NCBI GenBank assembly: GCA_035650735.1
Contig: DASRGZ010000015.1
Location: 1-43,505, forward strand
Direction of reading: 5' to 3'
Length of the DNA: 43,505 nucleotides
DNA from: Chthonomonadaceae bacterium
GTDB lineage: Bacteria > Armatimonadota > Chthonomonadetes > Chthonomonadales > Chthonomonadaceae
The translations under genes and the position numbers were made by a program. Below the pieces are notes generated by a model. It had not been told where the DNA came from. It did not search any database and worked only from the letters and a program-made list of their open reading frames with translations. Positions 28,506-36,865 of this stretch are shown one piece after another (positions within the stretch are counted from its first letter, which is position 1; the number at the start of each line of letters is the position of its first letter).

Positions 28506-29426
28506 ATGCCTCTTGTGCCGATGACTGCGCTGTTAAAGGATGCGCTCGCGCGCGGTTACGGCGTGGGCTACTTTGAAGCCTGGGATACCTACTCGCTGGA
28601 GGCGGTCTGCGAGGCTGCCGAGGAGGAGCAAGCCCCGGTCATCCTGGGGTTCGGCTGCATGATGATGGATTCGGCCTGGCTCGACAACGGCGGCATCGCG
28701 TTGCTAGCCGGAATCGGGCGCGTGGTCGCGAATCGAGCGCAGGTTCCGACGGCCCTGCTTCTGAACGAGGCACAGACGCTCGACCAGGCGATGCGGGCAA
28801 TGGAGTTGGGCTTCAACGCCGTGATGCTGGACACCTCGGCGTGGCCGCTGGAGGAGGCGGAAGGCGTTGTGCGGCAACTGGCGCGCGCCGCGCACGCGCG
28901 GGGCGTTGCCGTCGAGGCCGAGCTGGGTCGGTTGCCCGACGCGATTGCCGGAGGAAGCGGCGGCATTGATGACTCCACGGCGCGCCTGACCGATCCGGAG
29001 CAGGCGGCGGCCTTCGTAGAGCGCACCGGCGCCGACTGCCTCGCGGTGTCCATCGGGAACGTCCATCTGCTGACCGCAAGCGCCGCGCCGGTGGATATGG
29101 CGCGGCTGGAAGCGATCCACCGCAGCGTGCGCGTGCCGCTGGTGATTCATGGCGGCACGAGCTTTCCTGCCGAAGCCGTGCCTGCCGCTATTGCCAACGG
29201 CGTCGCAAAGTTCAACGTCGGGACGGCGATCAAGCAAGCCTTTGTGGAGGGTATGCGGGAAGCGGTGGGACGGTGGCCCGCGCGTGTGGACGTCCATGCG
29301 GCGCTCGGCTCGCACGCAAAAGACGATTTCCTGAACGCCGGCAAGGCCGCGATGAAGGCCAAGGTTCGGGAACTGATCCGCCTCTATGGAGGCAGCGGGC
29401 GCGCTGTAAATTGGAAACCAGAGTAA
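28506..29426 (+). CDS. class II fructose/tagatose-bisphosphate aldolase-like protein with atypical active site
   Basis: Motifs VMLDTS, VEAELG, LAVSIGNVH, VIHGGT and KFNVGT; the usual HLDH reads LLNE. Confidence 0.85.
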   Translation: MPLVPMTALLKDALARGYGVGYFEAWDTYSLEAVCEAAEEEQAPVILGFGCMMMDSAWLDNGGIALLAGIGRVVANRAQVPTALLLNEAQTLDQAMRAMELGFNAVMLDTSAWPLEEAEGVVRQLARAAHARGVAVEAELGRLPDAIAGGSGGIDDSTARLTDPEQAAAFVERTGADCLAVSIGNVHLLTASAAPVDMARLEAIHRSVRVPLVIHGGTSFPAEAVPAAIANGVAKFNVGTAIKQAFVEGMREAVGRWPARVDVHAALGSHAKDDFLNAGKAAMKAKVRELIRLYGGSGRAVNWKPE

Positions 29427-29524
29427 AGTGACTGACCACGCGCTGCTATGCCGAACCTTCGGCAACGCAGCCAGCGGGCGCGCTGGAGACTGGAGAGCGA
29501 AGTAAAGAGTAGAGTTTCGGAAGG

Positions 29525-30532
29525 ATGGATACCGCATTGACCTCGTTGACAGAGACACCTACTTGCGCAGAAAGCGCGCTGCTTCTCGACCTGTATCGGC
29601 AGATGTTGCTCATCCGCCGGTTTGAGGAGCGATGCAACGCTCTCTTCCTGCAAGGCCGCATCCCCTCCACCCTCCATCTGTATATCGGGCAGGAGGCCGT
29701 CGCCGTCGGGGTGTGCAGCGCGCTCGGCCCGGAGGACTATATTACCAGCACGCACCGCCCGCACGGCCACGCCCTCGCCAAAGGAGTGAACCCCGGCGCG
29801 ATCATGGCGGAACTCTATGCCAAAGCGACCGGATGCTGCAAGGCCAAGGGCGGCTCAATGCACGTGGGCGATATGGAGGTGGGGATGCCTCCGGCCATCG
29901 CCATCGTCGGCGCGGGCGCGCCTATCGCCGTAGGCGCCGCGCTCTCCGCGAAGATGCGGCGTTCCGGGCAGATAGTCGTCTGCTTCTTCGGCGAGGGCGG
30001 CGCGAACGAGGGCGCGGTGCATGAGGCGATGAACATGGCGGCGATCTGGCGGCTGCCCGTGCTGTTTGTCTGTGAAAATAACCTGTACGGCGCTTCCACG
30101 CCCGTCTCTCAGGTGGTCGCCGTCAAGGATATTGCGGATCGCGCGGCGGCCTATGGAATGCCCGGACGGGTCGTGGACGGCAACGATGTGCTGGCGGTGC
30201 GAGAGGCCGCTTCCGAGGCGGCGGCGCGCGCCCGACGCGGCGAGGGGCCGACGCTGATCGAGTGCAAGACCTACCGGCTGTGTGGCCACTCCCGCAGCGA
30301 TGCCTGCAACTACCGCAGCCGCGAAGAGGAGGCCGAATGGCGCGCGAAGGACCCACTGCTGCGCCTTCAGCAGACACTCCGGGACGAGCCGTTCCGGGTA
30401 GATACGGCGGCGCTGGATCGGATCGAGGCGGAGGTGACTGCCGTGATTGACGACGCGGTGGCCTTTGCGGAGACCAGTCCGAACCCGGCAGCGGAGGACA
30501 CGCTCAAGCACGTGTTCTGGGAGGACCGCTGA
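29525..30532 (+). CDS. ThDP-dependent dehydrogenase E1 alpha subunit (AcoA/PdhA-like)
   Basis: Motifs HLYIGQEA, STHRPHGH, GGSMH, ThDP motif GEG...ENN, and TYRLCGHS. Confidence 0.92.
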   Translation: MDTALTSLTETPTCAESALLLDLYRQMLLIRRFEERCNALFLQGRIPSTLHLYIGQEAVAVGVCSALGPEDYITSTHRPHGHALAKGVNPGAIMAELYAKATGCCKAKGGSMHVGDMEVGMPPAIAIVGAGAPIAVGAALSAKMRRSGQIVVCFFGEGGANEGAVHEAMNMAAIWRLPVLFVCENNLYGASTPVSQVVAVKDIADRAAAYGMPGRVVDGNDVLAVREAASEAAARARRGEGPTLIECKTYRLCGHSRSDACNYRSREEEAEWRAKDPLLRLQQTLRDEPFRVDTAALDRIEAEVTAVIDDAVAFAETSPNPAAEDTLKHVFWEDR

Positions 30533-30534
30533 CC

Positions 30535-31548
30535 ATGCCGCAGATGACCATTGCCGAAGCGCTGCGGGAGGGCATCCGCGAGGAGATGCGCCGCGATCCG
30601 ACCGTCTTCTGCCTGGGGGAGGATATCGGGGTGGAGGGCGGCTTCGGCGGCGCGTTCACCGTCACGCTGGGCCTATCGGAAGAGTTCGGCCATGAGCGCA
30701 TTCTGGACACGCCCATCTCCGAGACGGGCATTGCCGGGGTCGCCATCGGCGCGGCGATGACCGGGATGCGCCCCATCGCCGACGTGCAGTACGGCGACTT
30801 CCTGTTCTGTATGATGGACCAGCTTGCCAACCAGGCGGCCAAGATGTGCTACATGTCCGGGGGGACGGTGAAGGTGCCTCTGGTGATGCGCGCGCCCGTC
30901 GGTTCCACCCGGCGCGGGGCGCAGCACGCGCAAAGCCTGGAGGCGTTCTTTACCCATATTCCCGGCCTGAAGGTGCTCGCCCCATCTACGGCGTACGATG
31001 CCAAAGGGCTTTTGAAGAGCGCGGTGCGGGACGATAACCCGGTGTTACTCTTTGAGCATAAGCTGCTCTACGGCAGCAAAGGGGGCCGTGCGGAGAAGGG
31101 CGCTTTAAGCCCGGTGGGCGAGGTGCCGGAGGAGGAGTACCTGGTGCCCATCGGTAAGGGTGCGATCCGGCGCGAGGGCCGGGACGTGACCCTGGTAGGC
31201 AAGCTGCTGACGGTCTATCGGGCGCTGGGCGCGGCGGAGACGCTAGCGCAGGAGGGCATCGAGGCGGAGGTCATTGACCCGCGCACCCTCGTGCCGCTGG
31301 ATAAGGAGCTCATCCTCAATTCCGTGCGGAAAACAGGACGGCTGGTGGTGGTGGAAGAGGACAACCGCACCAACGGCTGGGCCGCCGAAATCGCGGCGAT
31401 GGTGGCCGAGGAAGCCTTCTTCTGGCTGGATGCGCCCATCAGGCGCGTCTCCGCTCCCGATACGCCGCCGCCGTTCGCGCCGGTCATGGAAGAGTTCTAC
31501 GTGCCGAGCGAGCAGCGAGTCATCGAGGCGGCTAAGTCCCTGTTCTGA
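30535..31548 (+). CDS. ThDP-dependent dehydrogenase E1 beta subunit (AcoB/PdhB-like)
   Basis: Motifs LGEDIG, DTPISE, DQLANQAAK, AQHAQSLE and IDPRTLVPLD. Confidence 0.92.
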   Translation: MPQMTIAEALREGIREEMRRDPTVFCLGEDIGVEGGFGGAFTVTLGLSEEFGHERILDTPISETGIAGVAIGAAMTGMRPIADVQYGDFLFCMMDQLANQAAKMCYMSGGTVKVPLVMRAPVGSTRRGAQHAQSLEAFFTHIPGLKVLAPSTAYDAKGLLKSAVRDDNPVLLFEHKLLYGSKGGRAEKGALSPVGEVPEEEYLVPIGKGAIRREGRDVTLVGKLLTVYRALGAAETLAQEGIEAEVIDPRTLVPLDKELILNSVRKTGRLVVVEEDNRTNGWAAEIAAMVAEEAFFWLDAPIRRVSAPDTPPPFAPVMEEFYVPSEQRVIEAAKSLF

Positions 31549-31552
31549 CCTT

Positions 31553-34500
31553 CTACGCGGCTTTCTGCCAGGACGGCGGTTCCGGAAGAGCGCTGTGGGA
31601 CAGCCAGCGGCTGAGCATCTCGCGCAGGGTGGGCGTATGAATGGGCTTGCTGAGATAGTCATCCATGCCGGCAGCCTGGCAGCGCTCGCGATCTCCGGCC
31701 ATCGCGTGGGCCGTCATCGCCAGGATGGGCACAGGCGGCTTCCCGAGTTCCTGCTCGCGGCTCCGAATGGCCTGCGTCGCCTCAAAACCGTCCATTTCCG
31801 GCATCTGAACATCCATCAAGATCAGGTCATAAGAGGCCGCCTCCAGCGCCTCCAGCGCCTGGCGTCCATTGCTCACCATCGTCACCTGATCCTCGGCAAA
31901 GCCGCACTGTTTGAGCATTTCCAGGGCGACAAGTTGATTGATCCGGTTATCCTCGGCCATCAGGAGGCGCGGGGCACGCGCGCCCACGACTGGCGGTGAT
32001 ACGGCCTGCCGGCCCTCCTGACCCGGCCGCGTTGTGCTGCCCACGTCTGCCGGACCGGCCCCATGGAGCGCCTGGAGCAAGCCCTGGAACAGCTCGCCGG
32101 CGCGGATCGGCTTATTCAGGCAGGTAGCAAAGGCGCTGTCCGGCGATTCGGCGCAGGCCCCCGAAGCGCTTAACGGCCTCAAAAGGATCACGGGCGTTTC
32201 CGTCAGCAGGCGCGACTCTTGCAGCCGCAGCGCGATCTCGATGCCGGCTCCATCCGGCAGTTGCCAATCCACCAGCGCCAGCGAACAGCGCTGCCCTTCG
32301 GCGGCCATGCGCTGCAGCGTCTCCCATGCCTGCGCCCCACTGGCGGCCTCAAAGGGAAGACATCCCCAGGCGGCAAGCTGCTCCCGCAGCAGCCGACGGA
32401 CGGTAGGATTATCGTCGGCGATAAGCACGCGCTGCCCGGCCAGTTGATGCGAAGGAAGCAGGATGTCCTGAGTGGCTTGCGCCTGTTTCTCCAGCGTCAG
32501 CTCGGCCCAGAACGTGCTGCCCTGGCCGACGGCGCTGGTCAGCCCGATCTCGCCGTCCATCAGGCGCATCAACTGGCGGCAGATGGCCAGGCCCAGGCCC
32601 GTGCCGCCATAGCGGCGCGTTGTGGAGCCATCGGCCTGGGTGAAACTCTCAAAGATGGCCTCCTGCCGGTCCGGGGCAATGCCGATGCCGGTGTCGCGCA
32701 CGGATAACCGCCAGCGCGCATGGGTCTGATCCTCCCACAGCAGTTCCGCTCCCAGCACCACCTCGCCGCCAGGCTCGGTAAACTTGATCGCGTTGCCCAG
32801 CAAATTGATCAGCACCTGCCGCAGCCGCACCGGATCTCCCAGCACACGCTCAGCCGGGTCGCCGGAGAGGCGCGCTTGCGGGGGTGGGGCGCAGCAGAAC
32901 TCCAGGCATTTCTCGTGCGCCTGGGGAGCCAGGAGCAGAGCGACCTCTTCCAGCAGATCCCGCAGGGAGAATTCCACCTGCTCGATAGTGAGCTTACCGG
33001 CCTCGATCTTGCTGAGGTCCAGGACATCGTTGATGATGGTCAGCAGGGCCTCGGCGCTCTGCTGAAGGGTGCGGGCATACATCTGCTGGGTGGCGGTGAG
33101 CGGCGTGCTCAACAGAAGCTCCGTCATGCCGAGGACGCCGTTCATCGGCGTGCGGATCTCGTGGCTCATATTGGCCAGGAACTCCGCTTTCAGACGCGCC
33201 GCCGCCAGCGCGGCCTCGTGGGCTTCGGCCAGCTCCGTATTGCGCCGTTCCAGCTCCTGGGCGGTTCGGGCTAGCGCCTCTTCGGCACGCTTGCGGGCGG
33301 TGATATCCACATGGACACTGATAGCGCCGAGGATCGTCCCATCCGGGCCGCGCAGCGGAAAGGTGCTTACCAGCACCCGGCAGGCCGTCCCGTCGGCCCG
33401 CCGGGTGGTCTGCTCCAGGCCCTCCAGGGCTTCCCCGGCCAGCACACGCGCGATCCGTTCCCGGCCCTGCTGCCAGCCCCCCAGGCGCCAGATCGTCTCC
33501 GGCAGGGTCTTGTGCAAAATCTGGGCGGCACTCAGGCCATAGAGCGCTTCAAAAGCCCGGTTCCACTCCTGAATGCGTCCCTGGGCATCCAGGGTAAAAC
33601 AGGCGACCGGCAGGCCCTCAAACAGAGCGGCAAAGCGCTGGCAGGCCGCCTCCATACGCTCATTGGCCAGGGCCAGCTCCTGGGCAGAGTCTTCGAGCGC
33701 CGTATTAAGCATTTCCTGCGCCCGCGCATACTCCTGCACGCTGCGGCTGGTCGCCTCCAATCGGTTGTAGGCGCCGCGCAGCGACTGATAGAGATGGCGG
33801 TTCTCCAGGAGCGCCATCACTTGTCTCAGCAGCACAAGGCCAATCAGCAGCGCGCTGCCGACATAGAGGCCCGGCTCCAACGGATTATCGTTGGGGGCGT
33901 AGCGAGTATAGAGCAGTAGCCCGCCGACCGCCGGCGCCAGCGCATAGGGCAGAAGCGAGCGCCACAGCGCCGGTAGGCGCTCGGGGCCGCCTTGCGTTTC
34001 TGCAGCCGCAGGGACAGAGGCAGCAGCGCCGGAGTCGCTTTCCGCCGCCACGGCGCGCAGGCGCACCTCGCCGGCAGCCAGCCCGATCAGCATATACCCG
34101 AACGACCAGCCCACATCCATCCAGGTGCCGGTCGCGTAGGTGTTATGCAGCGTCTGATAGCCGAAGACGACATCCACCAGCACGATGCTTACCAGGCCCA
34201 TAGAGAGCGTGCAGAGAACGCGCCGGGAGGCCACCTCCTCCGCATGTGTCAACAGGACAAGCAGGCAAAACAACAGGATCAGGTCGCCGATGGGATAGCC
34301 GGCCCCCAGAATTTTGCCGAGCAGCGTCTCGGAGCCCTGCAGGATGGTCGGCCCCAGCAGGAAGTACCAGCTAAACGTGACCAGGGCGGTCATGGTCATG
34401 AGGCTGTCGAGCACCACACGACCGCGCGCCGCCAGCGGCAGGGCACGCCGGGGCAGCAACAGGATGCCGATCAGCAGCAGCGGATAAGCGCTCAGATATC

Positions 34501-34906
34501 CGGCGTCGGCCCAGGAGGGAAACGGCGTCTTGCGGCCCAGGATCAGCTCGTAGTAGGTCCAGATGACCTCTCCCAGGGCGAATGCAAGCACGCCCAGCCC
34601 CAGCCAGGTTGCCGCCCACCTCTGCCGGGTACGACCGGGCCGCGCAGAGGGCGATGCTTCGCCCTGGCGACGCCGCACGGGAAGCAGCCCCCAGAAGGCT
34701 GCCAGCAGAGGGCCCAGGGCGCCCGCGATGTTGTCCACAGCGACGATGAGGGCGTGGCTGGCAGGTTTAAGCGCCAGCCAGGCAAGAAGCAGGGCGTTGG
34801 CAGCAAAGACAAAGATTGCCTTGCGCCGCAGCGATTTTGCCGCCGATATATCCGCAGCCGGAAGTCGGGCGGGAGATAGGCATTCCTGATCGGAAACGGG
34901 TGTCAT
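31553..34906 (-). CDS. membrane-bound hybrid sensor kinase (multi-TM sensor, PAS, HisKA, HATPase, two REC domains)
   Basis: FLANMSHEIRTPMNG, NLLGNAIKFT, GGTGLGL; receiver motifs LVDWQLP and LMDVQMPEMDG. Confidence 0.95.
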   Translation of the reverse strand: MTPVSDQECLSPARLPAADISAAKSLRRKAIFVFAANALLLAWLALKPASHALIVAVDNIAGALGPLLAAFWGLLPVRRRQGEASPSARPGRTRQRWAATWLGLGVLAFALGEVIWTYYELILGRKTPFPSWADAGYLSAYPLLLIGILLLPRRALPLAARGRVVLDSLMTMTALVTFSWYFLLGPTILQGSETLLGKILGAGYPIGDLILLFCLLVLLTHAEEVASRRVLCTLSMGLVSIVLVDVVFGYQTLHNTYATGTWMDVGWSFGYMLIGLAAGEVRLRAVAAESDSGAAASVPAAAETQGGPERLPALWRSLLPYALAPAVGGLLLYTRYAPNDNPLEPGLYVGSALLIGLVLLRQVMALLENRHLYQSLRGAYNRLEATSRSVQEYARAQEMLNTALEDSAQELALANERMEAACQRFAALFEGLPVACFTLDAQGRIQEWNRAFEALYGLSAAQILHKTLPETIWRLGGWQQGRERIARVLAGEALEGLEQTTRRADGTACRVLVSTFPLRGPDGTILGAISVHVDITARKRAEEALARTAQELERRNTELAEAHEAALAAARLKAEFLANMSHEIRTPMNGVLGMTELLLSTPLTATQQMYARTLQQSAEALLTIINDVLDLSKIEAGKLTIEQVEFSLRDLLEEVALLLAPQAHEKCLEFCCAPPPQARLSGDPAERVLGDPVRLRQVLINLLGNAIKFTEPGGEVVLGAELLWEDQTHARWRLSVRDTGIGIAPDRQEAIFESFTQADGSTTRRYGGTGLGLAICRQLMRLMDGEIGLTSAVGQGSTFWAELTLEKQAQATQDILLPSHQLAGQRVLIADDNPTVRRLLREQLAAWGCLPFEAASGAQAWETLQRMAAEGQRCSLALVDWQLPDGAGIEIALRLQESRLLTETPVILLRPLSASGACAESPDSAFATCLNKPIRAGELFQGLLQALHGAGPADVGSTTRPGQEGRQAVSPPVVGARAPRLLMAEDNRINQLVALEMLKQCGFAEDQVTMVSNGRQALEALEAASYDLILMDVQMPEMDGFEATQAIRSREQELGKPPVPILAMTAHAMAGDRERCQAAGMDDYLSKPIHTPTLREMLSRWLSHSALPEPPSWQKAA

Positions 34907-35161
34907 ACAAAGGCCTCAGCCGCTTAAATCAAATGGGCATGTGGCTATTATTGGTCAGGATAGTTACTGGGTTCATGCCCCTGGCCCCGAAATTCTGAGG
35001 GATGGCGAGGGTAGGTCGGGCGCGTGAGAAAATAGGGGTGCGAGGCAGGAATGCGTCGGTCGCAGGCGAATGGAAGAGCAGAGGCCCCTGCTCTGACCAG
35101 GAGGGCCGCATCAGGAAGCCGTCCCGAGCAGGTCTATTTACAACAAAGGGGAGAATCGAAA

Positions 35162-35410
35162 ATGACCGATCAAGAGGTACAGGATAGCATTCTGGGCACG
35201 TTGGCGCAATGGGCCGAGCGCGCAGATGTGAGTGGGGAGGTTCCACCTATGGATGCAGAAACGCTGATGTATGAGGCGGGAATCAAGCCGGCCGACTTTG
35301 AGCGCAACTGCGCGGAACTGCTGCGATCCGGGCTTATTCAGCAAACGGAAGACGGCGGCTTCGAGGTCACCCCGATGGGCTTGCAGGAAAACCGCCGGCG
35401 CAGCCTTTAG
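35162..35410 (+). CDS. small hypothetical protein, winged-helix-like
   Basis: GGGGAG RBS; 82 aa; ends with ELLRSGLIQQTEDGGFEVTPMG, typical of a wHTH wing. Confidence 0.65.
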   Translation: MTDQEVQDSILGTLAQWAERADVSGEVPPMDAETLMYEAGIKPADFERNCAELLRSGLIQQTEDGGFEVTPMGLQENRRRSL

Positions 35411-35417
35411 TGGCGCG

Positions 35418-35870
35418 CTATGGGCTGACAAGAGTGTGCGGATCGACAATTGTGATGCCCGGAAAGCGACGAAAGTGGCCAGGATTCAAGGTAAGCAGGT
35501 GAGTAAGCCCATGCGCCTGCATCACGGCCACAAGCCGGGCATCAAAGACCTGGCGTCCAATAATTGCCTGGGTCTCTACCAGACTGCGCCAGAGGGGATA
35601 GATGGCTGGTGTCTCAGGCAGACAAGGAAAAAACTGTTCGATGCGCTGAACATCAGCAATCACCTGAGCAACTGGTCTGCCCATGCCGTTGGCTTGTGGC
35701 GGAGCTGGCCGAGTAGCGACGGCCTAGAACTCGGCAATACTCTGAGGCGTGATAGCGACTGTCTCTCCCTGCCGATGCAACGCAATAACCGCCGCCCGTG
35801 CCAGGGCGAATAGTGGGTCGTGCGGCAGTACCCAGCGGGCAATAACGTTAGTGTCCGCCAGGTAAGCCAT
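35418..35870 (-). pseudogene. vapC: PIN-domain VapC toxin with in-frame stop
   Basis: MAYLADTNV...IAEF*AVATRP...FDARLVAVM...LLTLNPGHF; TAG at 35724-35726 (codon 49 of 151). Confidence 0.88.
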
Positions 35871-36124
35871 TAGAAGCTATCCTCATAGATGCTCTCCCGT
35901 TCAAAGGCTTCCGAAGGCAGAAGCGGCGTGAGGGTATTATGGCCCTCAGTCCATTCCAAAAAGGCGCGTTCCCACTCCTCAGGCGTAGCCGTCTCATAGA
36001 AGGGTCGCTCCTGTCTACTACTGGATGGCTCCTCTATAATAACCTTGACCTTCCGCCCCTTAAGCTCCTCTTCATGGAGCTTAATCTCTTCCCATGTTCC
36101 TTCTAAGACCTGTGGCTCTGCCAT
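35870..36124 (-). CDS. putative antitoxin of the PIN toxin
   Basis: GGAGG RBS; acidic 84-aa ORF whose TAA overlaps the toxin ATG (TAATG). Confidence 0.8.
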   Translation of the reverse strand: MAEPQVLEGTWEEIKLHEEELKGRKVKVIIEEPSSSRQERPFYETATPEEWERAFLEWTEGHNTLTPLLPSEAFERESIYEDSF

Positions 36125-36199
36125 CTTCGTTACCTCCGGGGCTATTCATCCTATTATATCATGGCTGGCTCCAGAGTACGACGAATATCACCTTTCTGC

Positions 36200-36847
36200 T
36201 TACCAGGAAAATCCGACGGCCTGCAGGAAGGCGCGGGCCAGAAGCATGTGGCCGACGTGGTTGGGATGGACGCGATCCCAGGACAGCGCCGCCGGGTAGT
36301 AGGTCTGCAAGGCCGCGTCGAAGGCCGCCTGCGTATCCACAAACAGGGTGTTGTGCTTTTCCGCAATCTTCCTGACGAGGGCGCCGTAGGCATCCATCCG
36401 AGCGCGCATGGCATCCTGTCGGTTCGGCTCGATATAAAACGGCGTCATCAGCACCAGCCCTTTCAAGAGCGGCTGCGTGCGCGTCACCAAATCCTCCAGC
36501 GTCGTCTCGTACTCCTCCGGGGAGACGTGGATCTCCTTCTGTAGCGGCAGATCGAACTGCCGCCACACGTCATTATCGCCGATCATGATGGAGAGCCAGT
36601 CCGGCTTGAGATCAATCACGTCGGTCTGCCAGCGCGCTTTGAGGTCGCGCACCGTGTTGCCGCTGGTGCCCATGTTGATCACGCGGATCGCCTGATCCGG
36701 ATAAACGGCGCCCAGCAGTGCATCCACCATGCCGACATATCCCCGGCCCACCGCGCCAAACAGCCCTTCCCCTACCGGCCTGGCCCGCTCCGCATCGGTA
36801 ATCGAGTCTCCGATCATGATGAGCTTGCTGCCCTTCTCAATCTGCAT
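36200..36847 (-). CDS. SGNH/GDSL hydrolase (acetylxylan-esterase-like)
   Basis: Motifs GDSITD, GTSGN, GDND and DRVHP; alternative GTG start at 36853. Confidence 0.92.
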   Translation of the reverse strand: MQIEKGSKLIMIGDSITDAERARPVGEGLFGAVGRGYVGMVDALLGAVYPDQAIRVINMGTSGNTVRDLKARWQTDVIDLKPDWLSIMIGDNDVWRQFDLPLQKEIHVSPEEYETTLEDLVTRTQPLLKGLVLMTPFYIEPNRQDAMRARMDAYGALVRKIAEKHNTLFVDTQAAFDAALQTYYPAALSWDRVHPNHVGHMLLARAFLQAVGFSW

Positions 36848-36865
36848 CCTCACGCTCCTCCTCTC

